From: Marispirochaeta sp.
GTDB taxonomy: Bacteria; Spirochaetota; Spirochaetia; JC444; Marispirochaetaceae
Reading direction: 5' to 3'
Assembly: GCA_963676835.2 (NCBI GenBank)
Contig: CAXXFF010000003.1
Coordinates: forward strand, 448,001 to 512,000
DNA: 64,000 nt
Numbering within the stretch: position 1 is the stretch's first letter; each line of letters begins with the position of its first letter. Below are positions 49,117-56,603 of this stretch, piece after piece. The position numbers were made by a program, and so were the translations under genes. The notes under the pieces are model-generated. The model was not told the origin of the DNA, made no database searches, and saw only the letters and a list, made by a program, of their open reading frames with translations.

Positions 49117-50406
49117 CTAAAATATTCCCGAAGTCAGTTCACCCTTTTCGTTAAAAACCATCTCTGCAGGTTCCGACTCGACAATTAAATCCGGATAGTT
49201 TTTCATCTCTTCCAGGTAGGCTTCGGAAAGGAGAATATGCTCGATTTCCAGGGTGTTTACTATGCGCACTACTTTTAGTTTTTCCTTGTCCACACCGGTA
49301 CAGGTGCGCAGGCAGATCTGGATGGCCTCTTTGTCGGTATCCATTATTGCGGGAATTTTTGAGTTACCTAAAACCGTACTGGTTATTCCGTTGGCGTACA
49401 TGGAGTTGAGGTCCATTTTGTCAAAAAGCCTTCGGGTTATGGAGGTAGCGGGACCGATACCGATGGCGTTTCCGCATGATTCTTCGGTGAGATCAAGAAT
49501 TGCGATGCGCTGTGACTTGAGACCGCCGGAAGCATAGGGAGTAATAAAGGTGCCGGTTATGTTGGGGTCCATTCCGGCTCCGCTTATATCCTTGCCTATT
49601 TCATCGACTATTAGCACGTCGCACTCACCTACAATAATTTTACCCATGGCGGCATAGGCTTCCTTGAGCAGTTTGGGCTCCTCTTCGGCAATATCGGGAG
49701 CGTCTACAGCGGCGATTTTCATGGTTTTGTCGAAGGCGTTTTCGACCATTGCCACGGCACAGAGTATGGGCGCATGTTTGATTATTGCCTTACCGAACCT
49801 GGGAACATTTTCGCCCATGTTTTTGAAGCCTTCGTTATGGCACTGCTCTGCGCCGTACTGTTTGCCCAGGCCGATGGTCATCATCTTCATGATGCCGCTT
49901 TCGTAAGGCCCCCGGAAACCGGTGTGAGGTTTGACGCGGCATGAGACTATAATGCCGTCGGCTTCTGCAGCAAATTTATCGATGTAGACATCCCTGCCAT
50001 CCTCTGTCTGCCCCACACAGGTGACCTCCATGGAAGAGAGGATGGGACAGCCCACGTACTCTTCGGTGACTCCGTAGCCTTCCAGGATGTGCCGCTGGCC
50101 TTCGGCGGATGCGCCGCCGTGGCTGCCCATGGCAGGAACTACAAAGGGTTCGGCTCCCAGGCTTTTGAGGTGGTCCGCTATGGATTTTGTGATGAGGGCA
50201 ACGTTGTCCACTCCCCTGCTTCCGGCGGTGATGGCTATGCGCATTCCCGGCTTTATTTTTGCCGCGATCTTTTCTGCAGAGAGTCCTTCTGCAACTACTG
50301 CGGGGATATTTTCCACAGGAATTTTCTCTCTGGTTAAAAGCTGTTTAACACGGAACATCTTGGGGACGGGAACATCTTTCAGTAGCTTGGATACGATACC
50401 GCTCAT
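49117..50406 (-). CDS. LarA/DUF362-like protein (lactate racemase superfamily isomerase candidate)
   Basis: TAGSRGV, PAMGSHGGA, RVKPHTGF, IGKDISGAGMDPN; GAGG SD before ATG 50406. Confidence 0.78.
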   Translation of the reverse strand: MSGIVSKLLKDVPVPKMFRVKQLLTREKIPVENIPAVVAEGLSAEKIAAKIKPGMRIAITAGSRGVDNVALITKSIADHLKSLGAEPFVVPAMGSHGGASAEGQRHILEGYGVTEEYVGCPILSSMEVTCVGQTEDGRDVYIDKFAAEADGIIVSCRVKPHTGFRGPYESGIMKMMTIGLGKQYGAEQCHNEGFKNMGENVPRFGKAIIKHAPILCAVAMVENAFDKTMKIAAVDAPDIAEEEPKLLKEAYAAMGKIIVGECDVLIVDEIGKDISGAGMDPNITGTFITPYASGGLKSQRIAILDLTEESCGNAIGIGPATSITRRLFDKMDLNSMYANGITSTVLGNSKIPAIMDTDKEAIQICLRTCTGVDKEKLKVVRIVNTLEIEHILLSEAYLEEMKNYPDLIVESEPAEMVFNEKGELTSGIF

Positions 50407-50431
50407 GGTGACCTCTCTTATTAGTACACCA

Positions 50432-50460
50432 ATGGTATACAAGGTAAAAGATGCTGTCAA
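50432..50460 (-). promoter_or_regulatory. Promoter with overlapping GntR-type operator candidate
   Basis: TTGACA (50460-50455) -17 nt- TACCAT (50437-50432); TTGTATACCA (50442-50433) overlaps the -10. Confidence 0.5.
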
Positions 50461-50617
50461 TTGAAGCTGTTTTATAACATAATTTTCAGAGTCCAACCTG
50501 AGGATAAATTTGGTCAACTTGACTAATCAACTTCAACCGAACATGAATGAGATCTCAAGACCGGGCGCGTCTTTTTTATTGATTGTCTACAATCCAAGAA
50601 AGTCATATACTGAAGCT

Positions 50618-50860
50618 ATGGAAAGTACCTATTCGATGCATCTTAAAATTACAAGAGTCGAAAACGGACAGTACCTTGCTGAATCTGATGATATTCCCGG
50701 TCTAATTGCACAGGGCCGTACAATCACTGAAACCATAGAAATTGCTCAGGATGTTGCAAGGAAACTGATTGATTCCTTTTCTGAACATGGTGATCCTGTG
50801 CCTTCAAGCCTGAAACCTATTTCTGATAAAATTGAGTTGGACATTGCTGTAGGCGTATAA
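50618..50860 (+). CDS. hicB: HicB-family antitoxin (80 aa)
   Basis: YLAESDDIPGLIAQGRTITETIEIAQDVA...GDPVP; ATG 50618 lies 6 nt after TATACT. Confidence 0.85.
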   Translation: MESTYSMHLKITRVENGQYLAESDDIPGLIAQGRTITETIEIAQDVARKLIDSFSEHGDPVPSSLKPISDKIELDIAVGV

Positions 50861-50964
50861 ATGGGTCGGCTATTCCGAATCATCCTGGAGATATTCCCGA
50901 AGGTACGATGAAAGCCATCTTACGGCAGTCGGGTGTAGACGTCGACGATTTCCTCGACGCTTAG
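50861..50964 (+). pseudogene. hicA: Internally deleted, frameshifted hicA toxin remnant
   Basis: ATG-GGT-CGG-CTA (MGRL) joined out of frame to IPNHPGDIPEGTMKAILRQSGVDVDDFLDA* (50872-50964), a HicA C-terminal half. Confidence 0.8.
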
Positions 50965-51058
50965 CTGATCATTCAGCTGCCTTTTTTTAAACCTTGACAA
51001 ATAATACTCAAGAAAAGCATCATGCCTGAACTATCGAATTACCACTCCGGGAGAACTG

Positions 51059-51637
51059 ATGTCTGAAAAGGCCGAAGAGACACAGCAGCGAATTCTTACA
51101 GCTGCCCTGACTGCATTTTCAACAAAAGGCTACGCAAAAACAAGCATGAAGGATATCTGTGATGCCACAGGCTTAAGCAGAGGCGGACTGTACCGTCATT
51201 ACGGTTCTACCCGGGAAATTTTCATGGATCTTTTAGAAGGCGATAAAAACAAAACTGAAGGGGCCATACGCTCTGAACACCCCGGAGCGGCACGGGGTGA
51301 GGCTCTGTTTAACGCCTATCTGGATGCGAGCAGAGCTTCCATCTTTTCTTCCACCCGGGGACTCTATTTTGCAGTGCATGAGTTTGCTTTTATTGAACCG
51401 GAGATAAGGGAATTTCTTCAGGACCGCTATAAAGCCGCAGCATCCATGCTCAAGTCGATTCTCAGCCTGGGGCAGAAAGAAGGAAGCTTTCGCCTGGATT
51501 TTGATTCGGAGGAGATGGCGGTGCATATTCTGTTTTTAATTGACAGTTTTCAGACCACCTCCGCTATTCTTGAAATGCCCGAAGAAAAGATTGACAAACA
51601 GATTGATGTTATACGCTGCCTTGTACTAAAGACATAA
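51059..51637 (+). CDS. TetR/AcrR family regulator
   Basis: ILTAALTAFSTKGYAKTSMKDICDATGLSRGGLYRHY. Confidence 0.93.
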   Translation: MSEKAEETQQRILTAALTAFSTKGYAKTSMKDICDATGLSRGGLYRHYGSTREIFMDLLEGDKNKTEGAIRSEHPGAARGEALFNAYLDASRASIFSSTRGLYFAVHEFAFIEPEIREFLQDRYKAAASMLKSILSLGQKEGSFRLDFDSEEMAVHILFLIDSFQTTSAILEMPEEKIDKQIDVIRCLVLKT

Positions 51638-51795
51638 GGCCACCTCTAAAAACTGCTCTTTTCTCCATATCCTGCGTCGTCAAGATCTCCCGCGGTCCAC
51701 TCCAGCTACTTAATCGAAGATTAAATAGCTGGGTGCGGACGCTATAACATCTATCCTCCTGGGCTAGGGCAAAAATTCTACGTTTTAAAGTGCCT
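51637..51795. repeat. Degenerate MITE/REP-like element with imperfect terminal IRs and internal hairpin
   Basis: AGGCCACCTCTAAAAAC ... GTTTTAAAGTGCCT ends; internal CCAGCTACTTAATC-GAA-GATTAAATAGCTGG stem (51702-51732). Confidence 0.55.
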
Positions 51796-51918
51796 ATAAT
51801 TAACCTCAGGCGGCTAAAAAAGAGCCAGGAGGCAGAAAAAAACTTGAAAAAATGGAAAGTCTCAATTAAGGTGAATCAATTTATATAACTTATATTGTAA
51901 AACTTACCGGAGTTTCTT

Positions 51919-53526
51919 TTGAATATTATCAGCAGCAGGTTTTTACCAGTAAGGTTTCTATTTTTTATTCTTTTATCTTCAGCATTTTTCTCAGCTCATC
52001 TGTACTCAGATGAATGGCTTGATCAGTTTATAAAATACACGGATAACGGAAAAACCCTGCGCTATTTTCCCCGCTTTCACGAAGGCACCTGGACAGTGCC
52101 GGAGGGAGTGGAAAAGATCGGCAGGGGCGCTTTTGCCCAGTGCCTCTACATAACTGAGCTGAACCTCCCCTCCTCCCTGAAAGAGATAGATGAAAAAGCC
52201 TTCTACTTCTGTTACGGCCTTGAGTCTCTCAGTATTCCCGAAGGGGTCGAAAAGATCGGCGACTCGGCTTTTTACCGCTGTGAATCCCTTGAGACTATCA
52301 GCATCCCTCAATCGGTGAAAGAAATAGGCATCAATGCATTTTATGAGAGCGGGATTACTTCACTGACGGTCCCCGGCCGGGAGGTGAAACTGGGAAGCAG
52401 CCTGGTCAGCAACTGCGGAAAACTGGAAAAAGCTGATCTGCGCTATGCCGCAGAAATAGGGGATTACGCCTTTGAGGACTGCGACAGCCTTAAAGAAGTA
52501 TATCTGCCCGAGGGTATTTACTACTCAAATCTGGCAATTCCCGCCACCGCGGCGCTTCATCTGGTTTCGCCCGACGGTATCCACCGGGGCATTACCGCCT
52601 ATTCGACTATAGAAAAAGAGATTGATGATGACCGCAGCTATGCTGAACGGCTTATTAAGCGGAATAACAGCCCCGTGAAGGCTCTGCCGGGAGAAGAGGA
52701 AATTACCCGGAAGGACATTCAGGGCAGCTGGTTTGCGGACTATCGTAACGGTGAATATATCTCTCCCGGAGGAAGCGGCAGACTGGGGTTCTTTGGTCCC
52801 AACACCGGAGACAGCGGTACCTGCTTTATTTTCAACCGGGACAATACCTGTGTTACCGGGGTTTTTGCTTCCGGGGCATCCAGCGGCGGAACCTACGAGG
52901 TAGGAGACAAGCAGATCGATTGCAAAATGGTCAGCTACGCAGTGGATGAAGATGCTGAATACGATGGTCCCCAATATTACTACAACACCTTTATTCCGGT
53001 ACTGCTGGATAAGACTCATCTTCAGCTTGAAGACCGGGAGAACGGATACTGGTATATCTGCTCCCTCCACGATGAAGAGCTTCGGGAAACCCTGCTGAAT
53101 GATACAACTGCTAGGGCATTTAAAATACTGGTACTGGGAAAACAATACCTGGGCTGTACTTTTGCGTCGGAAGAAACTCTACTGATGCAGGCGGTGAAGC
53201 AGACAAACCCGGCTGCAGTTGAATGGCTGCTTGGCAATATGAAACAGGATATTAACGCTCAGAACATGTACGGGATGACAGCCCTCCACTACGCCATGAG
53301 ATATAAAGAGGACAATGAGGATACGCAGAGAATTCTCGATCTGCTCCTTGAAAACGGAGCAGAGGTGAATCAGCTTGATGACTACGGCCAGACCCCGCTG
53401 GATTATTCCCTGTATGACTACCCCGCCAGCTACTATAACGAAAATCTGCGCAGGGCTCTTGCAGAAGCCGGTGGAAAAAGCAGCAGACAACGCTGGGCAC
53501 AGCATATGACCCGGCAGGATTTTTAG
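51919..53526 (+). CDS. Exported BspA-type leucine-rich-repeat protein with C-terminal ankyrin repeats
   Basis: Signal peptide (TTG start); repeats such as IPEGVEKIGDSAFYRCESLETI; ankyrin YGMTALHYA and YGQTPLDY. Confidence 0.85.
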   Translation: MNIISSRFLPVRFLFFILLSSAFFSAHLYSDEWLDQFIKYTDNGKTLRYFPRFHEGTWTVPEGVEKIGRGAFAQCLYITELNLPSSLKEIDEKAFYFCYGLESLSIPEGVEKIGDSAFYRCESLETISIPQSVKEIGINAFYESGITSLTVPGREVKLGSSLVSNCGKLEKADLRYAAEIGDYAFEDCDSLKEVYLPEGIYYSNLAIPATAALHLVSPDGIHRGITAYSTIEKEIDDDRSYAERLIKRNNSPVKALPGEEEITRKDIQGSWFADYRNGEYISPGGSGRLGFFGPNTGDSGTCFIFNRDNTCVTGVFASGASSGGTYEVGDKQIDCKMVSYAVDEDAEYDGPQYYYNTFIPVLLDKTHLQLEDRENGYWYICSLHDEELRETLLNDTTARAFKILVLGKQYLGCTFASEETLLMQAVKQTNPAAVEWLLGNMKQDINAQNMYGMTALHYAMRYKEDNEDTQRILDLLLENGAEVNQLDDYGQTPLDYSLYDYPASYYNENLRRALAEAGGKSSRQRWAQHMTRQDF

Positions 53527-53566
53527 ACATCGTATAGGCAAAGTGCAGCCAAAGAGAGATACAAAC

Positions 53567-54058
53567 ATGAAATATTATATATTTACAGTCCTGCTGATAA
53601 TTGCCTCTATCCTGCCCGCATTCGGAGACGAACCTTCTCTGCTTCCCGAAGAGTATTCGGTGGGTGAAATTATGCGCCTGTCGCCCTATCCTCCTGTGCA
53701 GGAATCAAGTGGTAAAGATAAGACAATTATACTGACAACCGAATTGGGAGAAGCCTATTACCCCGTGGATTTACGGGTTATCTATGAAAACGGTGCCGCC
53801 GCCGACTACCATTCAGAGAAAGATGACGGACGGATTAATCTGGAATATGATAAAAAAATAAGCCTGGTAATCCTGATGCAGTGGGGAAATGAATCTACCG
53901 GAGAAATTATAAATCTTGAGCCGGAAGAACTGGAGAAAGCTCAGCTGCTATCGGTAGACGGAGGCCGTCTACCCATGGTCGTAGACCTGCGACCTTTCGA
54001 GGCCGATACCTACTGGATTGTTATAGAGAGCGGATTCTCTGTAATGGGCTTTTTTTAA
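53567..54058 (+). CDS. Hypothetical exported protein
   Basis: MKYYIFTVLLIIASILPAFG signal peptide. Confidence 0.7.
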   Translation: MKYYIFTVLLIIASILPAFGDEPSLLPEEYSVGEIMRLSPYPPVQESSGKDKTIILTTELGEAYYPVDLRVIYENGAAADYHSEKDDGRINLEYDKKISLVILMQWGNESTGEIINLEPEELEKAQLLSVDGGRLPMVVDLRPFEADTYWIVIESGFSVMGFF

Positions 54059-54096
54059 TCCCTTTGAATTTTGAGAATAGGAGCGGGGAATAGTAA

Positions 54097-55662
54097 TTGA
54101 AGCATAGAAGCAAGTTTACAACGGTATTTCTTTTCCCCGTTTCTCCGCGTTTTATCCCGATTCTTTCTTCTTTTCTTTTCTCTGCATTGTTCTCATTTTT
54201 ATTTCCTCTGTTTTTTCTTACAGGATGCAGTGATACCAGGCCCTCATTGTATGTTCATGACCGCCATGGGGAATCGTATATACCGGTAAAATTGTGGGCG
54301 GAGGAAAATCCCGGGCTGGTTCTGATTCTGCTGGATTATCACCACGATACCGGCCCGGGGCCTGCATTGAATGACAAGATACCGCCTGCAAGCTTCAACT
54401 GGGTTGGTGCGATGATCAGTGAACATCTGATAGATACGGTACTCTGGGTTTCGGGAAATGAGTTAGAGCTGCCCAATATCAATGCCCGGAAGGCATGGCT
54501 GGAACGAAAAATTTCCCGGGACCCGCCTGAGATTGCTCAAATGAAAAGAGATGCAGTACACATACTTACCTGGGAGGATCTTCCCCGGGCTGTTGCAGAA
54601 TCAAGAGAGTCACAAAAGCAGAAAAGGCCGATGGCGGTAACAATAGATCTGGATATTCTTACCATTGATCCAGGTACTGATCCTGATAAGTTCCTGAAAG
54701 AGATTCTTGAGACCAGTGTGGCACTGAAACCTGTTGGAATTACCCTGGCACTTTCCGCCGCCTACCAGCCGGAACCGGAACAGGCCTGGAAATGGCTGAC
54801 CCAGAGCTATGCTTTTCTTGCTGAAGAGTGCAGTACCCCCGTCTGGGCAGCGGGAACCTGGGAATCTGCTGCGGAAAGCCTGGAGGAAAAGACAAGCTGG
54901 GCAGCATGGAGGAATACGCCTGTATTTATAGATTTCGGCAAAACCTTCGCCCCCGGAGCAGAGCTGTGGAACCACGCGCCGGCATCCTTCTGGGATAACC
55001 TCCTGGAAACCATTCCCACAGGATCAGATGAAACCGGCAGATATCTTTCCAATCTGCTGAATACAACAAAACAAAACCTGACAGATCTATCAGAGATTTT
55101 CCCCGAGCCACGATTTCAGGCAATAAAAGAATCCGCCCGGGAGACTGTTCAGCAGACCTGGTATGGAACAGCATGTGGAGAATCTTCCGGAAGAGAGCCT
55201 CCACTCCCTGTTTCTCAGGTTTCGGATAGCAGCTATGGCCTGGCAATCCGTTATATACGGAAAACTGAAGACCGTGGCTGCTTTGCACTCTACCAGGGTT
55301 TAGAGTGCCCTGAAGATGCTGCTGGATACATTTCCCGGGAAGCGGGCTTTACTGATCCCAGATATTCCGCAATAAGTGCTGCTGAGGCCGAAGAACTCGA
55401 TATAGAAATAAGTATTTTTGCAGATTTTGAAATGGTCACAGATCCTTTTGATTTTGTCCCCGGTATACATTCCCTTGTAGCTGAATATGATGGAGGGAGA
55501 ACACTCCTTCAGGCCGGCATTGCGGCGGAAAGAGATTTTTCCCGCAAACAGTTTCTGGATACCCTCGCAAGGAAAGCCGGTTTGGAAAACCTGGATGCCA
55601 TGCCCGACCCACTTTTCAGCCGTGCCGTAACCCTGTATCAGCGCTCTCCTTTCCTGGATTAA
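54097..55662 (+). CDS. Putative lipoprotein: arginase/UPF0489-like domain fused to an AMMECR1 domain
   Basis: FFLTGC; LDYHHD and IDLD; C-terminal DRGCF, FTDPRY, IEISIF, PGIHSL, FLDTLARKAGL. Start uncertain. Confidence 0.75.
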   Translation: MKHRSKFTTVFLFPVSPRFIPILSSFLFSALFSFLFPLFFLTGCSDTRPSLYVHDRHGESYIPVKLWAEENPGLVLILLDYHHDTGPGPALNDKIPPASFNWVGAMISEHLIDTVLWVSGNELELPNINARKAWLERKISRDPPEIAQMKRDAVHILTWEDLPRAVAESRESQKQKRPMAVTIDLDILTIDPGTDPDKFLKEILETSVALKPVGITLALSAAYQPEPEQAWKWLTQSYAFLAEECSTPVWAAGTWESAAESLEEKTSWAAWRNTPVFIDFGKTFAPGAELWNHAPASFWDNLLETIPTGSDETGRYLSNLLNTTKQNLTDLSEIFPEPRFQAIKESARETVQQTWYGTACGESSGREPPLPVSQVSDSSYGLAIRYIRKTEDRGCFALYQGLECPEDAAGYISREAGFTDPRYSAISAAEAEELDIEISIFADFEMVTDPFDFVPGIHSLVAEYDGGRTLLQAGIAAERDFSRKQFLDTLARKAGLENLDAMPDPLFSRAVTLYQRSPFLD

Positions 55663-55673
55663 TTACAGGGCAC

Positions 55674-56603
55674 CTATTTAGTAAACCTGCCAAGAAGAGT
55701 AAAAAAGTAGCTGGTAATGTCCTGTTCTCCTTCACCGGAGATAAGATATGAGTTGCTGTTACTCAGAACAGAACTCCTGGAACCGGGAAATCTTTCAGCC
55801 AGCCGTCCGTAGATATACATCCCCGGCCTGTTATCACAGCCGGCGAACACCCATGAATCACCATCGGGACTCATAAGAAAATCCCTGCTGAGAGCATCCT
55901 TTCTTTGTGTACTGTCACTGTTTCCATGATGGGAAAAATCGCTGGAGACAAGCAGGAAAATATCCTCTTCCTCGAGGACTGAACAAACAGCCTCACAGAT
56001 ACTCTGCACTCTGCCCACATTTACCGGCGGTTCACCCGGAACAGCCAGAACACTTACCCGGGCCTTGGGAAAATACCGTTTTATAAAAGGCATAAAAACT
56101 GCCACGCCGTGTTCATAAAGAAAGGCCGTATCATTAGGGCGAATATGCAGATTTTCAATTATGGCCAGGGAAAGGGGTTTACTGTTTTCAACAGCTCCCC
56201 CGGGGGTATTCCAGCTTCCCAGGGTGCTTACCGCCTCCTGCTCATCTAAATCCCAATGAAGGGGGCTTATAATTAGAAAGGTTGAAACCTCCCGGAGCTC
56301 TTTAAGATCCGAAAAAAAGCGGTCTATCATGCTCCCCGCAAGCAGGTGGTGACTGGCAATACCTGCAACGGGATAAAGGTCAGGGGGCGGCTGAACCCAG
56401 GTATATTCTTCAATAAGCGGATAGCTGTCCCCCCGGCTTTCCCAGGTGGTAAAAATCGTACCGGTTTCCCTCTGCTGCTCTTTTGAACCATTAACCTTTT
56501 CTGCGTCAGGCTTTTCCGGCAGAGTTACCTGCCGGGTACAGCCGGACAAAAAACAGTTAAGGATAATGAGACAGCTGAGAATCAGCATAGAATACTGCCT
56601 CAA
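55674..56603 (-). CDS. MEMO1-family (AmmeMemoRadiSam protein B-like) lipoprotein
   Basis: FLSGC; IASHH, ISPLH, YEHG, VSSDFSHHG, GCD, TSYF. Confidence 0.82.
   Translation of the reverse strand: MRQYSMLILSCLIILNCFLSGCTRQVTLPEKPDAEKVNGSKEQQRETGTIFTTWESRGDSYPLIEEYTWVQPPPDLYPVAGIASHHLLAGSMIDRFFSDLKELREVSTFLIISPLHWDLDEQEAVSTLGSWNTPGGAVENSKPLSLAIIENLHIRPNDTAFLYEHGVAVFMPFIKRYFPKARVSVLAVPGEPPVNVGRVQSICEAVCSVLEEEDIFLLVSSDFSHHGNSDSTQRKDALSRDFLMSPDGDSWVFAGCDNRPGMYIYGRLAERFPGSRSSVLSNSNSYLISGEGEQDITSYFFTLLGRFTK

Noticed and set aside
50510..50617. N-terminal extensions in the ORF track for hicB (also the LarA-like, hydB and CsgG-like genes)
   Set aside because: Downstream ATGs have better SD or promoter context and match expected family lengths.
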